From Catajapyx aquilonaris (lineage: Eukaryota), in the NCBI GenBank assembly GCA_000934665.2, contig KZ538461.1, forward strand, positions 1 to 64,000: DNA of 64,000 bases. Direction: 5' to 3'. Below the pieces are notes generated by a model. It ran no database searches, was not told the origin of the DNA, and saw only the letters and a list, made by a program, of their open reading frames with translations. Both the position numbers and the translations under genes were made by a program. Positions 1 through 13,100 of this stretch are shown here, piece after piece. Position 1 is the stretch's first letter; the number at the start of each line of letters is the position of its first letter.

Positions 1-119
1 ATGAAGCGGCTCTCAACAAGTCCACGGCGAATACACCTGCTGCCAGGGGCACTGGGGGGCCCAAGGGGCACACCCGGGGCGTAATACGGGGTACGCTCAT
101 CCACTTCCTCGTCGCCAAT

Positions 120-253
120 TGTTGTGTATCGGGCTAACACAATAATAACACGTCTGCTCTGAGCTGACACTCGCTTTAATCTGCTCTCTTTACACAGACC
201 TCCGCTAGGAGGCAGCATAAACCCAAACCTCCGCTAGGAGGCGGTATGCTACA
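120..253 (-). mobile_element. 5' LTR of an LTR retrotransposon (Gypsy-like); the element continues off the left edge of the window
   Basis: The minus strand reads TGTAGC...ACAACA (TG..CA termini) with an internal ATTAAA. It is followed by AT and then TGGCGACGAGG (117-107), a typical primer-binding site. An ATG at 100 opens a frame that runs to the window edge. The internal direct repeat acctccgctaggaggc occurs twice. Confidence 0.7.
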
Positions 254-509
254 ATTATTAACAATAACTTAAAAGGGGACAAAACACGGTCATCACACGA
301 TTCATGTTGGCAGCATTCGATACATAATTATGTTGTATACCTTGGAACTAGAGGTGAGCGCACTAACCACCAGTCCACCAGCGCCCGCTTAGGTAGGGTT
401 AGGTGCTTAGGTCTACTTTCTCTACGTCATTGTTCAAGACTGGATAATAACAATGCAACGAACTTTTTATTTGTAATGCTACTTACAAAAACTAACCAGT
501 GTTCACTGG

Positions 510-1637
510 TTAGTTTTTCGCAACATATTTGGCACATGATCCCATGCACTTTTTGTGATTGATTAGCCCCCCTAACTGAGCGAACCGTTGACCACAGGTT
601 GGGCAAGAGTACGGCTTCTCCCCGGTGTGTAACCTCATGTGGGTCTCCATGTTGCCCTTGTATGAGAAGGCCCTGTTGCAATAAGAGCATACAAATTTCT
701 TCAACCCGGTGTGGGTACGACTGTGACTCTTCAGGTTGCTCAGCTGGATGAAACATTTTCCACAATCGGCGCAAGTGAAGGGCAGAACACGGGTGTGGAC
801 CAACATGTGACACGTCAGGTTGCCCCTCTGGGTGAACAGCTTACCGCATCGGTCGCACAGATGTCGTCGCTCGTTGCGGTCTCGTGGGATGGTCACTACG
901 ATAGGAGAGAGTTCTCTTGGGGCTACATGATAGCTCACCTCCGCCTTTTCAACGCACATTTGCTCTTCATCTCTGTCCTCCTCCTCTTTGCCCTTCTCCT
1001 CGCTCTGGACTGCTATCTTGTGGGACATTTTGTATCCATTGCCATCCATCTTATCTTCTCCGCAGTCCTTCTCGTATCCTACAGCTTTTACCTGGATTTC
1101 ACTATCAGCGACTTCCTTGTTGCATTCAGGATCTTTCGTCTTATTGGATTCGCTGAGAGGCGTCTTGTACGAAAGATCTTCCGACTTGCATTCATGTTCC
1201 ATTTTGCTTCCATGATTTTCACCCACCTTGAATCCACCGTCATCAGACATCGTGTCTACCTTGTTGTATTCATGATCCTTCGTCAGGCAAGAGTTAGCGT
1301 AATGGTCTTCCATCTTGGATTCGCTGAGGGGCGTCTTGCACGAAAGATCTTCCGGATAGTCCGGAATTTTGTCGCCATGATCTTCCATCTTGGATTTGCT
1401 GAGGGGCGTCTTGCACGAAAGATCTTCCGGATAGTCCGGAATTTTGTCGCCATGATCTTCCATCTTGGATTTGCTGAGGGGCGTCTTGCACGAAAGATCT
1501 TCCGGATAGTCCGAAATTTTGTCGCCATGATCTTCCATCTTGGATTTGCTGAGGGGCGTCTTGCACGAAAGATCTTCCGGATAGTCCGGAATTTTGTCGC
1601 CATGATCTTCACCCACCTTGCATCTACCGTCAGACAT
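510..1637 (-). CDS. C2H2 zinc-finger protein (about 4 C-terminal fingers) with N-terminal 25-aa tandem repeats
   Basis: 375-aa ORF. Fingers: CDRCGKLFTQRGNLTCHMLVH, CADCGKCFIQLSNLKSHSRTH, CSYCNRAFSYKGNMETHMRLH, then a TGEKPY linker and CPTCGQRFAQLGGLINHKKC. A possible 5' UTR intron spans about 1653-1776 (minus-strand CAG|GTAAGC donor at 1777/1776). Confidence 0.85.
   Translation of the reverse strand: MSDGRCKVGEDHGDKIPDYPEDLSCKTPLSKSKMEDHGDKISDYPEDLSCKTPLSKSKMEDHGDKIPDYPEDLSCKTPLSKSKMEDHGDKIPDYPEDLSCKTPLSESKMEDHYANSCLTKDHEYNKVDTMSDDGGFKVGENHGSKMEHECKSEDLSYKTPLSESNKTKDPECNKEVADSEIQVKAVGYEKDCGEDKMDGNGYKMSHKIAVQSEEKGKEEEDRDEEQMCVEKAEVSYHVAPRELSPIVVTIPRDRNERRHLCDRCGKLFTQRGNLTCHMLVHTRVLPFTCADCGKCFIQLSNLKSHSRTHTGLKKFVCSYCNRAFSYKGNMETHMRLHTGEKPYSCPTCGQRFAQLGGLINHKKCMGSCAKYVAKN
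1305..1610. repeat. Coding minisatellite, 4 x 75 bp (MEDHGDKIPDYPEDLSCKTPLSKSK)
   Basis: The unit catcttggat... recurs at 1311, 1386, 1461 and 1536, and the copies differ by only a couple of substitutions. Confidence 0.95.
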
Positions 1638-2189
1638 CGTCCCTCCGTAGATCTTGTCATTAGACGAGACAAAACGAGATCAGTTCTCAGCTTTTATTGC
1701 ACGTACATAACTAAAATCTAATCACTACATTAATTACGGGCAACAAATAGACAAATAGCTGTAGTATTCTGCTTACCTGTTGGAGAAGACTATTCCAGCA
1801 TTTTCAATCCTCAAATTGACAGTTTGTGGGGTACACACGGACACGAGACAAGCTGTCGAATGTGTTTCGAACTGGTGGCATGTTCTAGTCAAAGGTTCTA
1901 GTTAAGGATAGCGGCGTTAGAGGTCTGGCCAATTATCGCGTAGCAATGTGACGTCACCCGGATGACAATATCTCCCGCTAATTATGAAAACAGGCGCTCT
2001 GCATGAAGAAACGGGCTTTGAGACTGCGATTTGCAGTGGCGTAGGGAGGGGGAGAGGGGTTTGTAACCTCCCCCTTGGAACCAAAAAATATAGTTCAAAT
2101 CCGCTATTTTTAGGTATAAAACCGTACTTGCGCAAATATTGTATGTGGTATGGATGATGTAAGATTTATTCCAAATCGCAAATGACTGT

Positions 2190-2312
2190 AAGGTGACCAT
2201 GCAGACATCCCGAATTTTCCGGGACAGTCCCGAATTTTCACCCTTTGTCTCGGATTTTTTCAAGGGTCATTCTGGACGCCCATTTGTCCCGGATTCGGCC
2301 AAACTGTCACGG
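2190..2312. mobile_element. Short degenerate hAT-like MITE
   Basis: Starts aggtgaccat, contains repeated cccgaatttt/gtcccgga motifs and ends near gtcac, resembling the (T)AGGGTGACCA termini of hAT-type MITEs. Confidence 0.4.
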
Positions 2313-3484
2313 TTAGGGCTAGCGTCGTAAAGGCCAGGGAAAAACATTTTTTTTTTTTTTTTTTTTTGCTCTTTGGTTTTTTCCGAGGAAAATTAGGGGT
2401 TTTCTTGTTTTTTACGAAGACCCGGATTTTTAACAAAAAAACTGCATAAGTTATATTATTTTTCAAATATGTGACGCATAAAATTATGAGATCAAATCTC
2501 TCACAATCATAAAATATTTCATTTTTTCTATCACTACCACAGGCCTATCACTACTGCTTGCGTCACCATTTTCTTTGCTGGAATCAGATTCCACCTCAGT
2601 AAAAGTGCAACAAAGCAGGGTTTTTTTCTGAGTTGTAAAGTTATTACTTCTCATCGTGACCCATTTCTTTTTCCCATGTAATGTAATGTCGAATATGGAG
2701 TTTGACTACAACTGGTACTACAATTATTATCCCATGCACACATTTTTCTGGTATTTATATCTTGAATATATTACGCTCTTTGTGTAGGTATATTTCAGCC
2801 AAATCCCAAAGAGTCTGTTGGGTCATTTGCCAGTTGTAACTATCTTGCATTTTGCTGCCTTTTCCAACATTTCATTTGAAGAAAATAACTGGCAGATGTC
2901 AATAAACTGGATGGATATAATGTTTTGGATGATTTTGGATGTCTAAATTTTCTGAGCATATTGACGAAAGGAACCAAGCAGCATGCAAACCAGTTAAAAA
3001 TAACTAACTAACTGGTCAGTTACATTCAGCTAAGCTTGTGTGAGCTTGAACAGCAAAAAAAAATTCGCCTGCGGCGGGCCTCTTCGTTTGATACAGAAAA
3101 CTCGAGTGACGTGCCAGTGTACGGTGGATTCTGATTGAGGGGGATGTGCCCAGTACTCACACATCACTGTCGCCCACCACCGGAGTGCAAACGGCAGAAA
3201 TGGTCCTTCTAGTGTCTAGTCCGACATTATTTTATTTTTTTGACGGAATTATGCACTTTGAGCCTAAATCGATTTTTTTCCACGTTCTAGGGACCTTATG
3301 CAGTTTATTCAGCGTTGTAGAAACTACCAAAAGTTTCGGGTAATTTTTGTACGGTCGCGCAATTTTTTTAAAAAAATGCGTAAGTGAAAATCGCGTATTT
3401 ACGGCGAAATCTGATGGGTTGCGGTAGTCACTTTGGTGGCTTTTCCTAGGTTTTCAGGGTCAAGGAACTCAATTATGACATTTC

Positions 3485-3994
<510 letters not shown>

Positions 3995-5706
3995 TCCACT
4001 TTCGTTTCCGGAGTGCATGGGTTCCGAACGGATAGGGCTATATGCTGTCGTCTATTGCCATATGCCATCCACCTCTTTCGCTACGTCACGTATGGGTCAT
4101 TCCATCTCAATTCTGTAAAAGTGTAAATTATGAAAAGTTGTGGCTCGACCCCTTCCGATGTAGCTGAAAAAAATCATGTAGGTTGGGATGCACACCTTAT
4201 TGCTAATTTCTAAATTTGAGGCCGCTGGAGTCAAATCTCACGGAAATATAACAATGGAAAGTTCAACAATGACGTCCATATAAAGTATTTTTAACTGTTC
4301 AGATTGTTCTCCCAACACCAACATGTTATATATCAAATAGACGGTAATGCAGAGAGGAATAACATAGTTACAAAATATTCGACCTAACTCGAAAAGCGAC
4401 ATTGAAAAAAATTAGCACATAATTATATGTCCAAATCACTCATATTCCCGATAGCCGTAATTCATAACATTATGATTTTAACAAAGTGATAATTTAGGAT
4501 ATAGGGCAATCACCTTTGCCTAAAGGCACATGAAAACCTCATTGTGATAGGTCACGCAGGGTTGGAAATACAAAATCCCGAAAATATGAATTACCCCATT
4601 TTTCGGATTTTCGAGCTCAAACTCGAGGTAGGACTAGACAGATTTTGACTTTTGGTATGTCAATCGATTCCTTGGATCATCCCCTATTCAGAAATGCATA
4701 GCCCATTCTTTACCCGTGAACGATAATTGATCTGCGAATATTCAAACACATGGGTGCATATAAGGCGGTGCATGGAATCATTGCCATCGTATAAACATAG
4801 GAAATGTCATATGTAGTTTCTGACAAATGTACATAAGTGATTACTTTTCAGAAATTCACACATATTCTAACCATGACTGACATACCCGTATAATCGTTGG
4901 CTATGATGTGTGAAGTTATATGTAATTACTGCACAGTGAAACAAATGTTAAAAACTGCATCACAAAACCAAATATGTTAGTCGAAAAATTTCTTAAAGCT
5001 GTAGGCCTCTAAAGCTATATAGTGGGTTTGTCGTGATTCCCATAAACCCGCACAAACCTCTGCGATTGGCAAGAAAATATTATTTCCGGGCTTCCGGCTT
5101 ATGCTTCTGGGGATTATCGCGGAAAAATCTACTAATAATATGACAGACTGTTATTTTTGTATGGTGCCACAGGTGCCACATCTTCCAAGTTGGAATTTTC
5201 ACTGAATTTTCATTAATAAAAAGGGGACTGTCATTATTATTTTAGAGGACGCAGAGGACGTATTAGCCGCTACACCGGGTGACCAGACGTTAATATGTTC
5301 TAAAATGGAAATAAAGATTAATATAGTAATAATTTATAAAAATTATTATTAAACAGAACAATCCGATATGATGTAGAAATAATGAAAATAATGACCCAAC
5401 CTGGTATTTTACGTCCACCTAAATGACCTGATCACCCTGGCGCAGCAGTCATCTGTTCAAAAATGGCCGCGGTTGGTTGCATCGTGGGTTGCATCATGGT
5501 TTGTGGTGTTGCAGTGTGATGTAACAGATGAATTTGTGTCACTGAACATGATAAGTGAGTGCGAAGGTTATGAAATTTCATCTTGATAGAGGGAAAGGTG
5601 ACGAGAACGTGGTCAGCGGTGCGTTTGACTGGTTGCACGATTACGGGAGGAACACACTGCTTTTAGCGGGGCCATAGTAACTCAGTGTCAGGCACCACAG
5701 TCAGTC

Positions 5707-8700
5707 ATGGGACTTGTGAGCAAAGAGGAGATTGTAACCTGGCTGGAGGATAAGCTGGCAGTTAAAAACGTGGAAGCCAGGTTTGATGAAGGGAGTGAAA
5801 GCAGGCACAAACTTCTGAATCAGATCATCAGGGCATACCAGAGAGACATCCCCTTTCAAGTAAGGACCAGGCTGGTTCTGCTGTTTGTGTCTGAATGACA
5901 TTTGTAGACCTAGACTCCTAGAGTGTGCAGTGGTTCTGGTTTACCCTGTAAGATGGAGAGAGGTCAATTGTGAATGTTTTTTGTTCATTTCCACATGTAG
6001 CAATTCAAGGGTGGTTATGATTGAATCTAGAACAAGCAATTAAACCTATGTAAATAACATGATCAACCACTTGTTCTGGATTTACCATTTATCATGAAAC
6101 TGGCTCTGTATGCAATGGAGATAAGATTTTAACTGCAAGTAAGGTAAACACGTTGATGCAATAACTGTAATGCATACCGGTACCATTAGCTGGACAATAC
6201 AATGCCAAAATTAATTTTTAACAACTTAGCATTACTCTGTGATATCAGGCACAAGTGTAAAATTTGTGCTGAATTGCGCAAAGTGTAGGATTAAGTTATG
6301 TATTTTGACAAAAGATGAGAAACCGAATTTTTTACTCCCACTACGTTGCCATGTAACCAGAGATTGGACATGGCATCAATTTTGCCAAATTTTTTCTTGC
6401 ATTGCTAAAACGTGATTAGCTTGTCCAGACAAGGGACCATTTTGACATACAATTTTAGAATTCCAAGTACGTGGGTTGATTAATAAGTTATGGCGCGTAT
6501 TTTTTTATTCAAAAACGGTAACACATACAGAGATGACCTTTGCTGAGTTTTGAAGCTCCGGCGTTTACAATTTGATCTGGCATATAGATGTCGCCCATAT
6601 CACAATGGGGGCAGGTAAACAAAAGGGGATAGTGACCCACACACCGCACCATCGCCCTAAGACGGCCCGAGCCTGACGCTCTTGGAGCTGTTGGACGCTG
6701 CATGCGGGACACTCAGAGATGGACAACACAGGAGCATGCTTTCGAGTGTGGGACAAGTCAGAGCACTATGACCGGAGCCATAATTGTCATCCATCGCCAC
6801 AAACTGTTTTAAAAAACCATCGCCCTCAAGCGAGGGCAAAATGGTGGCACTTTGGCACCTCAAAGGGATGGCGAGGAACCCGTGAGGATGGCAACTTCCT
6901 GAGACCTTTCAGTCTTTCAGGGTCTTAAGCATAGTGCTCTGACTTGTCCCACACTCGAAATCAATCTCCCGTGTTGTCCATCACCGAGTGTCCAGCATGC
7001 AGCATCCGCCAACAGCTCCCAAGCCGGTCACGCTCTGGCCGTCTTAGGGTGATGGGGCAGGGGCAGGGGGGTTCACGTTTCCCCTCCCCCGTCGTGATAT
7101 GGACAACATTACTGTATATGCCAGATAAAATTGTAATCTCCAGATCTTCAATATTCAGCAAAGGTCATCTCTGTATGTGTTACTGGTTTTGAATTTAAAA
7201 ATATGCGCCATGACTTATTAATCAACCCACGTACATTGCAATGACTTGGCATCAACTTTTTGACATAGTCACCATGTAGATTAAGGAACCTGTATTATAG
7301 GCACAGCTTATACAAAAATACCACACAAGTATTGAGTGCCTTTAGGAGAGAAATTTTTTCACCAGTCATTGTTTTCTGTTAATAATAATTGTCATTATAA
7401 CTCGAATTAATTTTCAGACCATTACTATTGGAAGTCAAGAGGTGTCAAAACGCCATGTCCCAAGAGCTCCTGAAATATGCGCAAATATTATGGCACTGAA
7501 AGGGGGAGTGTGCATCGACCTCAACTTCTTCATGAAGGTTCTCCTGGAAACTCTGGGCTACAAAGTCTGCCTGCTAGGAGGGAACTACACTGCAGATGGG
7601 GCACCATTCACCCATGTCATGGTCCTAGTGAATTCCCTGCTGCAAGATGGAGACAAATTTTTGGTAGATGTAGGGTGTGGCTTTCCCACCTTTCATGCTG
7701 TTCCTTTAGAGAAGTTGCCATATGCGTATTTGGAAGGTGGTATGGAAGTCATGTACATTCAAGAAGGCAACACCATTTTCCGTATGCAGCGGAAGGGAGA
7801 CTTTATAACAGATGACACGGTGAGGCAGTGGTAAAGCAAAACTGTACAGCTCTTGATATACTTACAGTGTTACAAAAGGAAGTAGCAGTTGATTGTAAAA
7901 TATTTTTAAAGAAGTTTTCCCAAAACTCAACCTAACCCCATGATGGTACAGACTGGTGCAGACCTTTAGCTACCACTAGATACAAACAGAACAGAAGCTC
8001 AAATCATTTTTAAAACTGTAGTAACTTAGGCTACTAGATTTTGTAAACCTACATAGAGTAATCTTGTTGCCAACCATATTTCTTAATCACTTGGTCACTT
8101 TCTCTTTTCCCTGCTGTAAAGTTTCTGGAGGTGGCAAAACAAGTGAAAGACACTTGGCACAAGGTCTAGACCAGCCCCCCCACAACTTCTACCCCAGCCT
8201 TATGTAGAGGGCTGTGAGCTTAGTTGCGCTCCCCCCCACAGGCGACTGTTCGATTTGGCACTGGCGTCGTGCATGGAGTACTACGTAGTTAGAGTCACGT
8301 TCTGGTAGACACCTTCTGAACCAACCCAAAATGACCTTTCCAATGCAGCTGGGTCAGTAGGGGAATTCTCAGAGCCAGCCACCCGAACATGGACCAAAGT
8401 AATGCTCTGTGGAGGGACGGCAGCACCAAGTTGGTGCTCATCTAAGCTCATGCATATAGGGGGAGGGAGTTGCACGACCTGAGTATTAGACCATGGTCTA
8501 GAGTCTAGACTAGGTAGTGGTCACGACCCCCTTGGGGGTCACGAAGGGTTTTCGGAGGGGTTGCCAAGGTAGTTTTCCATTAACAAATACTCAGCTGCGA
8601 ATATAAGTATATTATGAAGTTATGAAAAGAATTTTTCTCTACCCTATAAAAATGCATTTTATGCAAATGTGGGTGTGTGTGTGTGGGGGGGGGGGGGGGG

Positions 8701-10097
8701 GGTTGCAGGTTACTTGGCTATTATAAAATGGGGTCGCGACATGAGAAAGGTTGGAAACCACTGGTCTAGACCATAGTCTGGATCGTGGTCTGGATGCTCA
8801 TAGGTGCACCACTTGAACTGTTCGAGATGTTGAAGATACTGTCACATAAGCATTGCCATCCATCCTGCTTCTTTGGGCATCCACGAAACAGTTCAGCCAT
8901 GGTCCAAACCATTCATCAAGTGACCTTCAGTTGTTTCATCACCTCCAGAAAGGTTTGGCAGGCTAGAGCCTAGTGAGTGACCATGAGATGAAAGAATAGG
9001 TTTAGCAGCAGAAGTGCTTGGCGGTCTTAAAAGTCTGTCACCCGGGTTCAAAACATAACTGACTTCAATTGACATGGTGTTTTTGTCCAGTAACAGGCAT
9101 CTGTGACGTCATATGGCTATGTTGATTTCTGGGAGAATTTATTTTCCAATTTTTTGACCAAATGATGCTTACTTTTGAAACCCAGTAATATTACTAGAGG
9201 TCATATTTTGTTCCATGACATGCAGGAGGGGGAGACTTTCACAAGTGTGTGAACAAAAAAATGGGTTTCTCCTTTTGCATATAAATGCATATTTATATGA
9301 TTCCACATCATTATGTGTAAGGTGGCATCTGAATAATTCCACTTGCATGGATGCGAGCTAAATTTGGAAGCACATGGTATATTCTGTAGCAAACTACTTG
9401 CGGTTGTGGACATTGTCAACATATTTCTCTGCAACATTTCTTTGTCATCATTACCATAATGAAATTCCACTTACCTTGAGGCAGAAATCTCCCTTAGAGT
9501 CCATTTCACCTCAGATGTTGCTGCATGTTCAGAGTCTGTACCTTTCACATGTTAGATGTCTGTCAAAAATTCATTCTCTGTTGCTTGGTAAGATGCACTT
9601 ACTTGTGACAATGCGACACCTTTGGTTGTGTTAGGATCTACCATTCATTTTGCCTTCGATTTGTTTTTGACCTCGGAGCAGTCAAAAACCCAAAATCCTG
9701 AAATATAGAGGTTTTTCACAATCAAGTGGGCCTAAATGTTGCTAGACCATCTCGGATTTTTCTGAAAATAACCACAGCTGTACACACCTATGCCATAACA
9801 CTGCATATCACGTTTCAGCCAAATTGCGAAATACCATGGGGAGCGAAAAACTTGACATTTGGGAAATTGGGCCTTTTTTGGATATTTTTTTTCGGTTAGT
9901 GGAAGTGGTCAAAACCCAATCGACATATACATCAAATGAAAGAGAAACACCAGGGGAATGCAGCTATGAAATTTGTTTTCCTCTGAAATGTAGCCAAAAG
10001 AACATGTGTGGCATTTCATCAGTCACATGTCCAAGAATTTGGCTCCATGCAAATTAATGGTAATTTGGCGAAACATGTCTATTTCTTAATTTTTAAA

Positions 10098-10164
<67 letters not shown>

Positions 10165-13100
10165 TCGTTTTTTTAGATACCCTGTGATGGGGGTGCTTTA
10201 GGGGGGAAGGGGGAGGTTCCCAAGGGAGGGCACTGTAATATAGTCATTTCTGACTTTCTGAAATTCACCAGACCTTTTCTCCTGGCCCTGGGCAGAGTAG
10301 GGAGTGCAATTCTGCCCCGGCATGTCGGGTGAAAAGCGGAAAAAGACGCTGCCAAGCAGAGGTGACGGGGACGGGATTTGAACCCCAGCCTCCCGCTTGG
10401 CTGGCCAGTGGCGTAACCACCAGACCACCATGCCTCCCCTCGAAACATATCTATTATTTTCTTGCGAGCCATGCATGACCCAGGATTGAAACTGAACATA
10501 TTGATTCTTGTATGGGTTGCAACTTCTGTCACCAAATATGGCTGCACTTATGCAAATACATCACTAATGGGGTCTAAATACTTGGATATGTGACTGAGCA
10601 TGTGACTGATGGAATGCCATACATGTTTTTCTGGGTGCATTTCCGAGAAAAGCAAATTCCATAGGCGCATTTTGCTCACGTGTCTCTTTCATTTGATGTA
10701 TATGGTGATTGGTTTTTGACCACTTCCAATAACCGAAAAATATTATCCAAAAAAGGCCTCATTTTCAAAATTTCCATAATTTTTCCTTCCCCATGGTATT
10801 TCGCAATTTGTCTGAAACTTGATATGCAGCATTATAACATAGGTGTGTACAGCTATGATTTCTTTCAGCAAAATCTGAGACGGCCTAGCACAGCCCCCAG
10901 TCACTCGCCCTCTTTTTGCGTGAGCTTACCTGATCTCCCCCAACGAGGGGGATTGGGCACGGTCGGCGCTAGAGTCAAGTGCCGAGATGGTGGCGCCTTA
11001 CCTAGCGGGGCAATTCTGAACCATTAAGCTCAAGTCCGATTGGCTGGAGTCTGAAGGGCCTCCTGTGACCCAAGGAGGCCAGCCAATCGGAGCCGACCCT
11101 AATGGTTCAAAATTGCCCCGCTAGGTAAGGTGCCACCATCTCGGCACTGGACTCTAGCGCCGACCATGGCCAATCCCCCTAGGTGGGGGAGATTAGCTAA
11201 GCTCATGGGGGTAGCAATGACTGGGGGCTGGCCTAACAACATTTAGGCCCACTTGATTGGGAAAAATCCCTTTATTTGAGGATTTTGGTTTTTTGACTGC
11301 CCTGAGGTCAAAAACAAATCGATGACAAGATGAATGGTCATTATGAGTTACAAGTGACCTAAGGAACACAAAAATGGCGATGAATATCCATGGACAGAAA
11401 AAAAGTTGACATTTGTTGCATAGAGATTATTGATATAACCCTTCTGGAGCAGAATGCGTAGGAGTCATGGGTGTGTCAATCTCTCCAGGCCCTCCAAGAA
11501 CCACTTTTTAGTGGTGCGGCGCACCCGCTTCCAGACAACTGCTTACTGTTCAACAGTATCCTAAAAATGGTGTCAGGGAAGGGGGTTTTTCATGGATCCG
11601 AACAGTTGAGAGTTACTGGGAGCCAGGCCGGGGGAGTACGGTGGGCGTGGAAGCACCCAAAGCTGGATCCATGAAAAAACCCATTCGCTGATGCCATTTC
11701 GAAGACATTGTTGACTTTTGTTGACTGCACGCAGTTCTCCAGGAGTGGGTGCGTCGCATATCCTAGACATGGTTCCTGTGGGGCGTGGAGTGGTTGGCAC
11801 ACCATTAACTCCTATTCATTCGGCTTCAGGAGGGTTCTATCGATAATGTGTGCTTATCTGCCAACCTGCAAGGGCTCTGTATTTGTGGCAAAAAAATAAA
11901 GGGTAAATCATTTTAGTACGGCCCTTGTAGAACAAAAATTTAAGGCTTTGCATAGGTTCCCAGAGTCCATAATTCAGGGCCTCTTGGCAGTCTTTTGGGT
12001 GTCGAAGTAGACTGAATACTCCCAAGGGATGGAAGTGGCAGCCCACTTTCCAACTTCTGCTCTTCTGGCATGAGAATAATGGACCAGAGATGAACTCCTA
12101 ATATTGATATTAAGATGTTTACATGGCTGATACAGCGCATCCAATACAGCAAATATCTTAATGAAAATGGAACTCTATGGGGCCCTCAGATAACCACTTT
12201 TATTTCGCAAACAGGCAAGTGAATGCACTCAATTTGGATAATTCTTGCTTTGGTATAGGAACAATGGAATATAAATTGAACGGTTCAGTTGCAAAACATT
12301 GATATTCCAGTCCACCTACTTTTTGGGAAACCACAAAAAAACAGTTTACTGATGAAACGGTCAGTTTAATTGAAAAGGATACTATTAGCCAATTGCAGGC
12401 TAGGCAAGAGGTGTTCAGTCCCAAAATATGAAACTTAAATGTTCATAAGTTTATTTAGTATAAATTTTTTAATTTGCTGTAATCTCAATGTCTTACAATG
12501 GAATGTCTGGCAGATTTGAAAAACTTGGAAATAATGACACTTTGAGGACCCAAAAATTTAATGGTGGATCAAATATTAAGTACAAATGCTTTTCCGCGCA
12601 TCCTGGCGATCATTTGGAGAGTTTTCATTCGTCACTGTCACTGTCGCCTGTAGTGGAAGTGGGGGTACTGCATAGTATGCTCGTAATGGGGCAACACGGG
12701 GATAGTCACAGATTGACACCCAGTGGATAGCTTGTACAAAAACCTACTGAATGGCTATCTCAGGGCCGGTTTCACCAAGCCCAGTTTTGATAATGGAAAA
12801 TCTCTGCAAATAGAATAGGAATTTTCCGAAAGAACAGGGGTTTTATCAAAACCGGGCTCGGTGAAACTGGCCCTCAGTTTCATTTCCCACAGTTTTGTAA
12901 TATCAATGTGTTGCAACGAAACCGTTCAATTTTAGAGTACAACTCTGAGTGTTGTCTTTGGAGCAAACATGCTAGTGAAATTTTCTGGGATGACAGTTTC
13001 AAGTGACATCTACTTTAATCTCTTAGGTCTACATATAGCCTAACTTACTAGATGTGAGTTTTATTGTTTACTAAACTAGGTTTTTCATAATTTCAGCCTC

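Larger units (their letters stand above)
9640..11338. mobile_element. Large foldback element (about 400-bp inverted arms) carrying a nested SINE and a nested hAT MITE
   Basis: 9640-~10050 is the reverse complement of ~10565-10890 plus 11239-11338 (e.g. caatcaagtgggcctaaatgttg vs caacatttaggcccacttgattg; acatcaaatgaaagaga vs tctctttcatttgatgt). Confidence 0.85.

Noticed and set aside
1305..1610. Regular repeats resembling a CRISPR array
   Set aside because: They are contiguous tandem units with no unique spacers, inside a eukaryotic coding sequence.
711..1721. 336-aa hydrophobic ORF on the + strand and other overlapping ORFs
   Set aside because: These are antisense or alternative-frame shadows of the zinc-finger gene, kept open by the 75-bp repeat.
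8122..8163. Possible 42-nt in-frame cassette exon in NAT (FLEVAKQVKDTWHK)
   Set aside because: The donor gtctag is weak and part of a hAT target site, and the NAT already has normal length without it.
10370..10440. tRNA genes at 10370-10440, 16890-16964 and ~63720-63790
   Set aside because: They have A/B boxes but no convincing cloverleaf, and the first two have SINE bodies, tails and TSDs.
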